Assembly (NCBI RefSeq): GCF_035084215.1
Contig: NC_090335.1
Span: forward strand, 54,126,001 to 54,190,000
Reading direction: 5' to 3'
DNA: 64,000 bases
DNA from: Heptranchias perlo
Taxonomy: Eukaryota
Made by a program: the position numbers and the translations under genes
In this document: piece after piece, positions 12,711 to 25,490 of the stretch
Numbering within the stretch: the stretch's first letter is position 1
Layout of the letters: every line of letters begins with the position of its first letter
Notes under the pieces: generated by a model
Databases searched by the model: none
What the model saw: the letters and a program-made list of their open reading frames with translations, nothing else
What the model was told of the DNA's origin: nothing

Positions 12711-13206
12711 TGTACAGTCACTGAAGCTGCATAATTCACTGCTAACTGTTAAGTTATTTTTACTACCATCTGAAAGCAGCTTGGGGATGGGTAGGGAAGC
12801 CACTGAGTGACTAGGCTTGGATCTGGATCAGTATTGGGGCTCAAACTTGAAATAATGAAAAGTCTTAACGAGTGCACAGCCCCAGGGAAGGAGGGGACAA
12901 AAACTGAACTGTATCGCAGAATTGCTCATGCGACTTCTACAGTCTAATTGAAAGGTTGCAATTTCAGCTATTTCAGCAGTTTGGCAAAACCATCCTGATG
13001 GGCTGGAAAATCTCAAGCACCAGGTTAATTCCCTGACATCTTGTGGAAGTTGAAAATATTGCATAAACAGTAAAAAGCAGGATGGAATGGCAAAAGAACA
13101 CTTGATTATAACAGTTGTGATAATAACAGTTGTGATAATTCTGCTCTCTGCATGTTGGTCTTGAACCACTAATTAAATTTAATTTTTTTCTGTAAACAAT
13201 TGCTAG

Positions 13207-13346
13207 GTTTGGAACAGAATCTCCACGTACAGCAAGAAAAAACAAAAGCAACAGAGAAGGAGAAAGAGGACATGGAAGAAACTATTGACGTTCTCCGAAA
13301 GGAGCTGAGCAAGACTGAGTTAGCAAGGAAAGAGCTCAGCATTAAG
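13207..13346 (+). CDS. CIP2A: CIP2A penultimate exon ([11 protein letters not shown]...[24 protein letters not shown])
   Basis: TAG acceptor, GTAAAT donor, 140 nt, phase 1-0; resembles human [24 protein letters not shown]. Confidence 0.95.
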
Positions 13347-14665
13347 GTAAATGATGCATTTAAAATTGTTTCACTAAATTGTTAAGCAGTCTGCCTTTCA
13401 GAACATTGTAGAAGCACATGTGAGGATCACGATACAGTTCGTTGCTACCTCCTCGCCCTATTGTGTGACTAGATATTCAAAAGTAAACTCCTGATTACAA
13501 GGGATGCAAGTCCACTTACTGTGACTCTAACCTGGGAGACTATCTGGGGCAGACTCGACATTTGCAACAGAAATCTAATTGGGGAAATGAAGCAAATGCG
13601 TAGAACAGTGGGTTCAAAAACTGCCCTTTCCCTCTAGATTGGGATATATCCGAAGGGAAAGACAGTTTCCTGACCCACTGCTTTGAATCCAGCACAGAGT
13701 AATTTGATGAAATTTCTCTTTCTGTTGTTTTGGATAGGAGTCCCTTTCCAAGTAGGCGCACACTCATGGTTAGAAGCTGTCCATAATTTTGCATAAATTG
13801 GCACTCACACTTAGAAGCCTTAATAATGGCTGACGTAGGAAAAGGAGAAATTCATTGTTCGTGCAATATGGAATGCTCTTCTGAGTTTGGGATTAAGCCA
13901 AAATATAAGGAGCTTTGCATTTACGTTGACTGTGTCCAGATTGCCAGGCGGTCAAACTTTTCCGATAACATCTTTTTCCTTATGAGCACAGAAGTTCACC
14001 AAAAGAAATGAACCTAACAGAGGCAGTATATATTTGGGGTTTGCTGAAATCATAGTGGGAAATAATTGCACTAGTGTCCACACATTGCTATTTTTCATTG
14101 ATGTGAAATAGTACATCAAATTTTTACAGTCAGCTTGCTCTTGCTTTTTGAATAAAGAAAAAAAAAATTGCTTATGAACTAATTGACTTGTCTGAAATTG
14201 TAATTTGACTTCATTTCTGTTAAGCTTTTAAAAAAACATTTTTCACATTTGCATACACTCAGGAATTCTCCACTGAAGGTTACTTTATGCAATTTCTTGC
14301 ATGCTTTTAGTTGTAATGTTTCATTCTGTTTTAATTTGTTGTGACGTTCTGGGGCACATGACTAATTTGGGCTATATTCTGTATAAATATATTGATTTGA
14401 TGAAATTGCTAAAATAGTTCAATTTCACAAATGGATGCAGTAGGTTTAGATAGAGTATTTTGGGATTTTCAATTTCTATTCACTTAGAACTATTATCTGG
14501 CATTATGTGCCATTTTGGTTATTTATGTTTCCTAAATATAGGAATAAGGAAATGATTTATGTTCTCGAAAAAATTTTTAGTAATTAGTTTTGTTTTACAT
14601 TAATAAATTTTTTGTTCCACAGTCCCGCCTAATATGTATGTTTATTTTATCTCTTGCCGCCGCAG

Positions 14666-14836
14666 TTGTCATCCCTAGAAGTACAGAAGTCCCAGTTAGA
14701 GGCACGGTTGCAACAAAAAGAAGCCCTTGTCCAAGCCCAACAGGATGAACTCGGCAAGCATTCTCAGATGATAGCAATGATTCACAGTCTGAGTAGTGGC
14801 AAACTACCATCAAATACTGTAAATCTCAGTCTGTAG
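14666..14836 (+). CDS. CIP2A: CIP2A last coding exon ([15 protein letters not shown]...[25 protein letters not shown])
   Basis: CAG acceptor, TAG stop; matches human C-terminus [25 protein letters not shown] as recalled. Confidence 0.96.
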   Translation: MSSLEVQKSQLEARLQQKEALVQAQQDELGKHSQMIAMIHSLSSGKLPSNTVNLSL

Positions 14837-15827
14837 CCCTTGCTTCTTGTTGTGATTTTAATATTGAAAGAAACAGGGATTGACTCAGGTGTTAGCTTGT
14901 AGTCCTTGCAGCTGATGGATTAGATATTCACCCTATGGGATTAAAGCTACAAATTATTTTTAACTAAGGATTGGTAACCATTAAATATTAGCAGTATTTT
15001 AAAAATGTTTGCTTCAGAAGTGAGTGTTTGATGTTGAAGTGCTGAATTGCACTGTTATGAGCAACACTACTTGCAAGAACTTAGTGACATACATTGTAGT
15101 CCATAAATTTGGTGTAATGATTCAAAATCATATTTTTGTTTGACTGCATTGTCAGCCTCAACGTGTAACACATTACTGACTTTAACCATAAATTGACTAA
15201 CTGCATAGATAGTTCAGGTCAAACCATGTACTATTTGGTTAGTACTTTATATTTTGAGTAGATGTCACTTTGGAATTGGGAGATAGCTATTTCATACTTG
15301 AGCAACTCTGTATCCCAGTGATAAGAGTACAATACTAGAATTCTCCAATTATATTAATACTAGATGTAATTCTGACTTTGAAGAGTACCGTCCTGGATCC
15401 CCGATACATTAGAGCTACAATTATTCTAGAAGCAATCTATTTTATCGCAGTATTTATAATGAGTAAAATTATCTTAATCGTGCTATTCATCAGCCTATGC
15501 GCAATGTAAATGTATGCAAATTTTGTATGTTTTTATGACTGTCTCTGACCAAATTGAAAAAGCACTGCTCTAAAAACAGAGAAAATCAGCTTACAGATTT
15601 TGGGTTTAAAGTAACCAACATTATTCTACTAAAGCTACATAGAAATAATTGACCATGCGCTCTCCTGTCACTTGTTTGATTCCTGTTCACCGTTGTAGTG
15701 AATCTTGATAGTGTCTTGAATCTATGGTATCTTCTTTATATGTACTGTCTCATTTTCATTTGGTAGTGTATAACCAAACATTAATTATGGTACATCTTCA
15801 CTTTTCCTCCTTTCTCCCCACTGAGGA

Positions 15828-15833
15828 AATAAA
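15828..15833 (+). promoter_or_regulatory. Candidate CIP2A polyadenylation signal AATAAA
   Basis: AATAAA ~1 kb after the stop codon, followed by T-rich sequence. Confidence 0.45.
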
Positions 15834-16647
15834 CTTTTTTTTAAATTAAAAATGTGCTTAAAATTGAGTGCAAACTATGGTTTATACCATACTTATGAAT
15901 ACAGGACAGTAGATACAAAATATTGTTTTTACACATAAGGCCAGTGTATATGTTTTTAAATTTTGGGTGAAATTTGTGCTAATCCAGGTAAAGCTACTAA
16001 TGTATTGTTCAAGATCCTGCACCAAATATTGAATCGCAAGTTTCATGCGGCTGACTAATCCGAAACTAAACTTGCCAGTATTTCTTAAGCAGGTGACCAG
16101 AGAGACCCTATAAATCTAGCACAGGTCTTGGATTAATATAAAAAATGCTTATAATATAACAGCAGAAAATGATTGGAAGCTTAATTTTCCTGGTTGCTTA
16201 ACTTGTGTAAATATGTGCAACCATGGAGTCCTTTGATTAGTCCTGTCATTGCTGGTTTCAGCCAGACTGCTGAACTCAATGTAGGCAACCAAGTATAAGC
16301 CCAAAATTGGATGCTCTTGGCTAGAGCTGTACACAAAGAATCTTAGCATTGGCCTTACCCCTCTTGCAGACCTGACTCATCTTCACTTCAGATACAGTTA
16401 TCAATCAAATCTACTACTTTAAAAAGATGCTTAGTTTGTCAATCATGTGGGATGTTTAATTGAATGGCTTGACCCCTTTCTGAAAAATCCATTAATCTGT
16501 TCCAACCAATTTGATCAACCTGTGACTGCAAGAATTAATACTTGTCCATTCAACCAGCAGGAAAGCTGCTGAACAGGATGATACTAATGGCTCTGCACAC
16601 AACAGACATTAGCATATTTAACTACCCACTGGTGGAACAACTTAAAT

Positions 16648-17896
16648 ATGCTTAACAAATCTACAGGAGTTTTTTGAGGATGTAACTAGTAGAATAGATA
16701 GGGGTGAACCAGTGGATGTGGTGTATTTGGATTTTCAGAAGGCTTTTGATAAGGTCCCACACAGGTTAGTGTGCAAAATTAAAGCACATGGGATTGGGGG
16801 GAATATACTGGCATGGATTGAGAATTGGTCGACAGACAGAAGTCAGAGTAGGAATAAACGGGTCTTTTTCCAGGTGGCAGGCAGTGATTAGTGGGGTACC
16901 GCAGGAATCAGTGCTTGGGCCACAGCTATTCACAGTATATATCAATGATTTGGATGAGGGAACTAAATGTAACATTTCCAAGTTTGCAGATGACACAAAA
17001 CTGGGGTGGAATGTGAGCTGTGAGGAGGATGCAAAGAGGCTCCAATGTGATTTAGACAAGTTGGGTGAGTGGGCAAGAACATGGCAGATGCAGTATAACG
17101 TGGATAAATGTGAGGTTACCCACTTTGGTTGTAAAAACAGAAAGGCAGATTATTATCTGAATGGTGATAGATTGGGAAAGAGGGAGGTGCAACGAGACTT
17201 GTACACCAGTCGCTGAAAGCGAGCATTCAGGTGCAGCAAGCAGTTAGGAAGGCGAGTGGTATGTTGGCCTTCATTGCAAGAGGATTTGAGTGCAGGAGCA
17301 GGGATGTTTTACTGCAGTTAAACAGGGCCTTGGTGAGACCACATCTGGGGTATTGTGTGGAGTTTTGGTCTCCTTACCTGAGGAAGGATGTCCTTTCCAT
17401 GGAGGGAGTGCAACGAAGGTTTACCAGACTGATACCTGGGATGGCAGGACTGACGTATGAGGAGAGATTGGGTCGACTAGACCTATATTCACTCGAGTTT
17501 AGAAGCAAGAGGTGATCTCATCGAAACATAATAAAATTCTAATAGGACTAGACAGACTAGATGCAGGGAGGATGTTCCTGACGGCTGGGGAGTCCAGTAC
17601 CAGGGGTCACAGTCTCAGGATACGGGGTATGCCATTTAGAACCGAGATGAGGAGAAATTTCTTCACTCAGAGGGTGGTGAACCTGTGGAATTCTCTACCA
17701 CAGAAGGCAGTGGCGGCCAAGTCATTAGATGTATTCAAGAAGGAGATAGGTATATTTCTTAACGCTAAAGGGATCAAGGGATATGGGGAAAAAGCGGGAA
17801 CAGGGTACTGAGTTAGACATCAGCCATGATCTTTTTGAATGGCGGAGAAGGGCCGAATGGCCTATTCTTGCTCCTATTTTCTATGTTTCTATGTTT
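16648..17896 (+). mobile_element. CR1 LINE 3' portion
   Basis: ORFs 16788-17216, 17231-17515, 17512-17811 with RT motifs; TTCTATGTTTCTATGTTT tail. Confidence 0.93.
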
Positions 17897-19720
17897 AATA
17901 TGTATTTTAATGCTTTGTCATACCAGACCATATTGTATATTCTCTACAACTTGCAGAAACAAATAGGAGCCAATTTTAACTTTGTCTGTGCTGTGACTGA
18001 CGAGAAAGAATCCAATAAATAATCCATCATAGACAAAAATACTTAATTTTTGTCAAAGAAATAGTGTAATATTCAGAAACAGAATTTTTTGATAAAATTT
18101 ACATGCAAAGTTCAATAGAGGAGTCAAATTTCACTTTGAAAGAGAATCCACATAGGTTTGGAGATATATATGAAGTTGTTCTTGGTTTGATGCATTCACT
18201 CTTCTGATTCAGTTCAAGCTCTATCAATTTAATATAGAGTCTTCTTCGCAGGTCTGTTGTTTTCACAGTTTAGTAAGTTGTCTTTCAAATGAAAAGGCAA
18301 CAAAATCAGACAGTCCTATATTTAACCCAGGAATGTTGAGAAAATGCACGAGTTTGACAAACAAAGATCCCTTCCTAATGCCACAAAATCATCACATGAA
18401 CCTGCTATTAGGTATTGAATCCAGCTGCATGATCAACAAAAAGTACTCTCTGAATTTCACTTTATAAACTGTAATGATGTCAAATATTCTTGTGATAATA
18501 TTCAGTATGTGATTGTCCAAAATGCCTGTAAGTATATATACATGCCCCTCTTTCTCCTTGAATCCCCCTACTGCCAAGGTATTCCACTGAGGTGGGTGGG
18601 GGAGAAAAAGTTGGCAGAATCATTACAACCTCACAGAAGTATATGCCCCTTTGGATGATTAGGGGAATAGCATTCAGAGTGGCTTCATAATACTTGAAGT
18701 GCAGTCATCATTTATTATAGCTGAACTATAGGGCAGTCTGAGTCAGCTCCCATAAAAATAAGACATGGCTAGTTAAAGAAGCATCTGACTGCTGTCTAAT
18801 ATAAAAACCTCAAATGTATGTCTATAAACAACTTTTAACAGCCCAATGGCAAAGATTGGATAATTTGTTGGTTTGTGGACATATACTTTGAATAGAGTGG
18901 ATTATGTGCTGGCTGTGATGTCAATGTATGGGGAGTCTGAATTCGCTGAATGTTTGAATTCTTTATTCTGATTTTGAAAAGCTGCTGTCACAGATGTCTA
19001 CATATGTGTACTTCCAGCAGGGGTCACTGGATAGTGATCAGAAGCCAGTACCTTAAGTGATTTTCTCCTATCCAATCCAGGAGCTCTAAGTTGATTGCAG
19101 TGTACCCCTCCCCAGCTGAGACCATCTAGCTCAGTACAGATCAAACCTGAGACCTGGTCAGATGGCTCAGCTACTCATCAGATAAACTTGCTGAGTCAGT
19201 TAGGGAGCTGGATAATTTATGTGGTTTGACCACTTTCCCAGCACATTTCCTGCAGCTCTCAGGATGGTACTTGGATCTAACTAATGCATGCTTGGAGGGG
19301 AAGGGGGGGTTCAGAGGCAAAAAGTAGGAGGAATAATCAGGCATGGGGATGTGGGAGTGTAGCTCAAGCATAAGTAACTAAAGCCACTCCAGGATTCTGT
19401 GCCAGCCTTGTAATATGTTACCGGAACAGTTCTTTTCACCGTAATGAGAAATTAGCACTTCGTATTGACTTGGGCAGCTGGCCAGATGCCTAGCCCTGAA
19501 AATCTCATCAGTTGAATATGCAACAGTATCCAGATGGTGCTGATTTTGGCCTGAGCTAGGTGGCTTTAAATCAGCCCCCTGGTTGTTTGGTACAACTGTT
19601 CCATTAAAGTAAATAAATTACTTTCAGGGCCCTAATATGTACCACCTGGAGAGGGAAGTCGCAACTCAAATCTTTGGTTTTATTGAACTGCTATGAAGCC
19701 TGTCGTAATCTAATTTTTTT

Positions 19721-19733
19721 ATGTATATATGTA

Positions 19734-19777
<44 letters not shown>

Positions 19778-19785
19778 TATATATA
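19721..19785. repeat. (TA)n/(TG)n microsatellite
   Basis: ATGTATATATGTATGTGTGTGTATATATAT... read directly. Confidence 0.95.
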
Positions 19786-19973
19786 GTTTTTAGGAGTACT
19801 CCTTCCCTGGACTTTCTTCCCCCTTTAATGTACATCAATGTACATAGCCCATTTATTTTTACATACTATGACTTATATGTAAACTTTTACGACTCAATAA
19901 AAATTGTACATAGCAGGCATGTTCAGGTGTAAGTACACTAATGGCACTGTAGAGAGCAAGACACTGGTATGGC

Positions 19974-19979
19974 TTTATT
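19974..19979 (-). promoter_or_regulatory. Candidate HHLA2 proximal polyadenylation signal AATAAA
   Basis: TTTATT on +, 13 nt after the stop codon (which is the first of TAG TAG TAG). Confidence 0.5.
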
Positions 19980-19992
19980 TGCATTTCTACTA

Positions 19993-20126
19993 CTATGAAT
20001 TTGTTTGTGACTTCTGCCTATGACACACTAGTACAAAGTAGTAAAGAGCAATCGTTACAAGCACTGCAACCATAGCAGCAATTATTCCAAAACGTCTTCT
20101 CTTTTGGCTTTCCTCATGAGTTGACT
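19993..20126 (-). CDS. HHLA2: HHLA2/B7-H7 TM + cytoplasmic exon ((E)STHEESQKRRR FGIIAAMVAVLVTIALYYFVLVC HRQKSQTNS*)
   Basis: Acceptor tttgttcaaatttCAG; phase 1 matches the preceding Ig exon; 23-aa hydrophobic helix, then stop. Too short for the ORF track. Confidence 0.85.
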
Positions 20127-20379
20127 CTGAAATTTGAACAAAGTACATTTTAGCAAACTTCACAGAATTTGAACATATAGTACAACTGTAAGTTTAAAAC
20201 TAAACAAATACAATGAATAAGCAATTTAAATAAAAAATAAATAAATCTGGAACAAAAACAGAAAATGCTGCAAGCACACAGTTTAGGTGACTGCTTTTCT
20301 CAAGACAGTTATAATAATACTCAAAAGAAGGAAAAATGGGTGAGGCATGTACTCCATAAATGATGTTGAAATAGCTAAG

Positions 20380-21020
20380 ATGTCATCAAAAGAGACCTAG
20401 GATTCTTAGTAGACTTACTGTGTAATATGTCCAACCAATGCAGAACAGCAATCAATTAAGTAAATAGAATGCTAAACTAGATAGTGAAAACAATGGAATA
20501 GAAATCACAGGAAATCATACTCAAACTGTGTGGTTTGACTCTGGTTAAACTACTCTTTTGAGTGCTGTGACCAGTTCTGTCCACTGAGAGACATTCAAAC
20601 ACTGGAGGCAATGTAGAAAAGAGCCATGAGGCTGATCCCTAGTGTTTGAGGTCTGAGTTATCAGAAAAGACCGGATAAACATTGCCTGGAAATCACCTGT
20701 TGGCTGAGAGGTGATCTTATTGAGGTATACAAGATAGTAAATAGTATTTTTTTAAAAAAAGGTAAATCTGGAAAATTACTTCAAACTAAATTGTGAGAGT
20801 AAGACAAGGGCAACAATGGTTCAAACTAGGAAAAGGCAAATTTAGGAAAATATCAGAAAGTTCTTCATACAAAGAGTAATCAATACATGGAATGGGCTTC
20901 TGGATAGAATAGTGAAGGCAAAAATATTGGAATCATTTAAGGGACAATTCATTACTGCAACAATTATGGGCTCTTACTAGATGGACTGAGTGTCCTTCCT
21001 GATCCTCAAATATCTTGTGA
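20380..21020 (+). mobile_element. Old degenerate CR1 3' fragment
   Basis: Residual GAGAGGTGATCTTATTGAGGTATACAAG and TTCTTCATACAAAGAGTAATCAATACATGGAA motifs. Confidence 0.6.
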
Positions 21021-21339
21021 TACGTTTTTTGAAGTATTCACTCGAGAAGACTACAGAAACACAACCTACTGTGATGAAAGTAATCTATGCAGACTCAACA
21101 TCAACAAGATGAAGTTTCTAAGCAGACTTTGCTACAAATTGGCATCTCAGAATAAAAGGGAGGATAAAATTCTTTATGAAAATATGAGGATATGTGAAAA
21201 CAGGAAGGCTATATAGGGAATTTCATCCACCAAATATATCCCAATTGGGATAACTGGCCTTTTTCATCTGTATATATCTCATGATCTGATGAGCACACAA
21301 TTCTCTTTTCTAACTCAGTATTGTTCCATCGCGTCACGT

Positions 21340-22318
21340 CACATCTACAGCACAGAAACAGGCCATTTGGCGTTTATGCTACATATGAGCCTCCTCCCTC
21401 CCTACTTCATCTTTATCAGCATACCCATCTATTCCTTTCTCCTTTGTGTGCTTATCTAGCTTCCCCTTAAATGCATCTATGCTATTTGTCTCAACTACGT
21501 GTGGTGGTATGTTCCACATTTATACCACTCTTTGGGTAAAGCGGTTTCTCCTGAATTCCCTATTAGATTTATTAGCGACTATCTTATATTGATGATACCT
21601 AGTTTTGGACTCCCCCACAAGTGGAAACATTTTCTCTATGTCTACTTTATCAAACTCTATCATTATCTTAAAGACCTCTATCAGGTCACTCCTCAGCCTT
21701 CTCTTTGCTAGAGAAAAGAGCTGCAGCCTGTTCAGTCTTTCCTGATAAGTATATCCTCTCAGTTCTGGTATCGTCCTTGTGAATCTTTTTTGCATCTTCT
21801 CCAATGCCTCTATATCCTTTTTATAATAGAGACCTGAACTGTGCACAGTACTCCATGTGTGGTCTAACCAAGGTTCCGTACAAATTTAACATAACTTGTC
21901 GGCGTTTCAATTCCTGTAGAAATGAATCCCTGTGCTTGGTTTGCCTTTTTTATGGCCTTATTAACCTGAGTCGCTACTTGTAGTGATTTGTGTAGTTGTA
22001 CCCGCAATCCCTTTGCTCCTATACACCGTTTAGACTCTTATTATCCAAGCAATATGTGGCCTCCTTATTCTTCCTACCCAAATGCACCACCTCTCACTTA
22101 TGTATATTGAAATTCATTTGCCAATTACACGCCCATTCTGAAAGTTTATTAATGTCTTCTTACATTTTAACACAATCTTCTTTTGTTTTAACTACACTCT
22201 CCAATTTAATGTCTCCTGCAAATTTTGAAATTGTACTTCCAATTCCCGAGTCCAAATCGTTGATGTAAATTGTGAACAACGGTGGTCCTAGCATTGATCC
22301 CGGTGGTACACCACTTCC
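21340..22318 (-). mobile_element. CR1 LINE 3' fragment
   Basis: ORF 21520-21846 (KRFTRTIPEL...RLRSDLIEVFKIM...FTQRVV). Confidence 0.88.
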
Positions 22319-22559
22319 AATACAGTATTTGTAGAAATAGAATACAAAATTGGGGGTTGTTGGTTTACAGAAAATAGGGTACTTACTTTGTAGCTGTCAT
22401 AATGTATTTCCACTTGTTTAAGTCATGCAGCCACTACTCCTTGGTACTTTTCTTAAACTACTGCTCTGTACTCCAAATTACATTAAAACATACTTCAAGT
22501 TGATTTAGTGTCATTCCATTACCTAGTATAAAAATTGAGAATGGATGACGATTGCTGCT

Positions 22560-23890
22560 GACTCCATCTCCCTCCCTGGCCATTGTCTCAGGCTGAGGCA
22601 GGCTGTTCACAACCTTGGTGTCCTTTTCAACCCTAAGCTGAGTTTCCAACCCTATATCTTCTCCATCACGCAGGCTGCTTACTCCTACCTCTGAAATATT
22701 TCCTACCTCAACACATCTGCTGCTGAAACCTCGTTCATGTCTGGATCCCTTCCTGACTCTACGGCCCTGATATTTACGGGGAGGCAGGGAGGGTGCGGGG
22801 GAAAACCCAGCAAGGCTGGGGATGCGAAGGTCCTGCCGAATTTAACAGCAGGACTTCATTATAATTTTTTCTTCCGTTTCCCACTCGGCAACCTGGCTGT
22901 CTGCTGAGCTGGAAAACCAGAGGCAGGAGGCCGCAGCCGGGAAGCCTTGGGAACGGTGGAAAGCTGGAGATCGGAGATTGGAGGGGGGAAGAGAGAGGCC
23001 ATCACGGAAGCGGGGTAGGCCAGAGATCGGTGCTTGTGGGGGGGGGGGGGGGAAGGTCTGCACCCTTGGCAGTGGGGAGAGAGAGGCCACGATTGGCAGA
23101 GGAGAGGCTGAAGGCTTCCTTGAGAGGCAGGGGGAAATATCCTGCTCCTCCTAGCCCACAAGGAGTGCTATAAAAAGCACTTACCTTCTGGAGCCGGCAG
23201 CTCCTGCTTTCCTTTCGCTGCCGGTTTTCCCGAGCCCTGGGCAACCCGCGCATCAACTGTTAAATTTAAATCATGCTCCCAATTGCACTGCGGGAGCTTG
23301 ATTTAAATATGTTAATGAAGTGTCCCGCCTTTCCACAGGTTAAATTGTGTTCCCCGTTTTTTCATTATTAACCCCCCCCCCCAACCCTCTCCTGCCCATC
23401 ATGGGGGGTTAATATCGAGGCCATATTAGTCCAATGGGCCAACCTTCCTTCATCCACCCTCTTAACCAAATCTCTGCTACCTGCAACCTATCTGGTACCA
23501 AGTTCCGCTCACCCATCACTCTGTCCTTACTGACCTACATTGGTTCCCAGACCCCCAGTGCCTTCAGTTTAAAATTCTCACCCTCATGTTTAAATCCTTT
23601 CATGGCCTCGCCCCATCTTATCTCTGTAACTTCTTCCAGCCCAACAACACCACTCTCAAATTCGCCATTCCTCTGACTCTGGACTCTTGTGCATCTTCCC
23701 ATTTCACCCCATGTTCTGGAATTGCCTTCCTAAAACCTTCTGCCTATCCATCTAACCCTTTTCCTTTAAGACCTTCTTTAAAACCTACCCTCTTCTTTGC
23801 CTTGGTGTCTGTTTTTCCTTAGGCCTCTGTAAAGTGCCTTGCGATGTTTTACTTCATTAAAAGCACTATGCAAATGCAAGTTATTATTGA
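22560..23890 (+). mobile_element. Degenerate L2 3' region interrupted by a Harbinger MITE
   Basis: L2-like NLGVLF.P.LSF and KSFHGLAPSYL segments; TAAAAGCACTATGCAAATGCAAGTT tail. Confidence 0.65.
22763..23422. mobile_element. PIF/Harbinger-type non-autonomous element
   Basis: Termini GGCCCTGATATTTAC / GTTAATATCGAGGCC; internal homology with 60038-60869. Confidence 0.7.
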
Positions 23891-23953
23891 GTCATAAAAC
23901 GGCCACAGGAGAGCTGAGCAGAAATAGTTTGCAGGGCGTAAGTGCTTGTTAAG

Positions 23954-24728
23954 TGTAGGAAAAACAGAAAGGCAGTGTATTATTTAAATGGTGATAGATT
24001 GGGAAATGTTGATGTACAAAGGGACCTGGGTGACATTGTACACCAGTCACTGAAAGCAAACATTCAGGTGCAGCAAGCAGTTAGGAAGGCATTTAGTATG
24101 TTGGCCTTCATTGCAAGAGGATTTGAGTTTAGGAGCAAGGATGTCTTACTGCAGTTATACAGGGCCTTGGTGAGACCACACCTGGAGTATTGTGTGCAGT
24201 TTTGGTCTCCTTACCTAAGAAAGGATATACTTACCATAGAGGGAGTGCAGCGAAGGTTCACCAGACTGATTCCTGGAATGGCAGGACTGTCGTATGAGGA
24301 GAGATTGGGTCGACTCGGCCTGTATTCATTCGAGTTTAGATAAATGAGAGGGGATCTCATTGAAACATATAAAATTCTGACAGGGCTAGACAGTCTGGAT
24401 GCAGGGAGGATGTTTCCCCTGGCTGGGGGGGTCCAAAACAAGGGGTCACAGTCTTAGGGTACAGGGTGGGACATTTAGGACGGAGATGAAGAGAAATTTC
24501 CTCACTCAGAGGGTGGTGAACCTGTGGAATTCTCTACCACAGAAGGCTATGGAGGCCAAGTCACTGAATATATTTAAGGAGATAGATTTCTAGACACAAA
24601 AGGCATCAGAGGGTATGGGGAGAGAGAGGGAATATGGTATTGAGATAGAGGATCAGCCATGATCATATTGAATGGTGGAGCAGGCTCGAAGGGCCGAATG
24701 GCCTACTCCTGCTCCTATTTTCTATATT
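23954..24728 (+). mobile_element. CR1 LINE 3' fragment
   Basis: ORFs 23942-24343 and 24399-24593. Confidence 0.92.
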
Positions 24729-25303
24729 CCACGTTACTTGCTGCTAATGGAGCTGCAACCTTTGTGACCTCCTGAAAATTGGTCTTATAGTCTTTTGTTT
24801 CTCAAAAGCTTAAAGCAATATGCATAATAGAGGAAGTGAGAAAATGACAGATCTTGTTACCAGGCATCTAATTTATAGAATTGTACCTTATAGAATTAGA
24901 CACAAAAGAAATTGAAGATATCAGTAAGAAAAGATATCTCTCCGTTATTTCATCTATCCTGACAACCTGTTTGTCATTGTATTTTGTCTGGATACGGGAA
25001 GCATTTGGGCTGTGTAAAGTTGTCTTTACTAGACTAAAACAATATTGTATTTCCTATTTTCCAGGGCAACTAGTTTTTTGCTTTCACTTCCTTATCTATT
25101 AATTTACATTTTACCCGCTAACATAATCAGTTGTATGGTGAAAATCTGCATGTTTGCATCGGTATTCAGATCTCTACTTTCCAGTGAAGTCAATGGAAAG
25201 TAAAGTCAGATGGGATGTGAAACTGGCAGCTGATCCGATCCCCTAAACTTTGCAAATCAAATAAAACCAAAATTGGGGGAAGGAGAAGCTTACAATCTTT
25301 TAG

Positions 25304-25490
25304 ACACTGGCCTTTCATCTCTGGGTTCAAATCTAGCCCAGACTGATAGGATGGAAGTCTGCTCTGTTTGTAAGGGTTCAATGTGAAATGAGTTTGGGCA
25401 ATCTCAATTCAAATCCTGGTGGCATAGGCCTACAGCACGAGACTGTACCTGATTCTGCACTATCACTCAGAGAGGCTAGAGTATGGTTAG
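25304..25490 (+). mobile_element. LF-SINE-like ancient tRNA-derived SINE
   Basis: GCCTTTCATCTCT...GGTTCAAATCTAGCCCAG...ATGTGAAATGAGTTTGG...CAGAGAGGC, resembling the LF-SINE consensus as recalled; homologous copy at 26680-26875. Confidence 0.55.

Noticed and set aside
13108-13137. 15-bp tandem duplication ATAACAGTTGTGATA x2 upstream of a CIP2A exon
   Set aside because: Only two units; ordinary slippage duplication, not an array.
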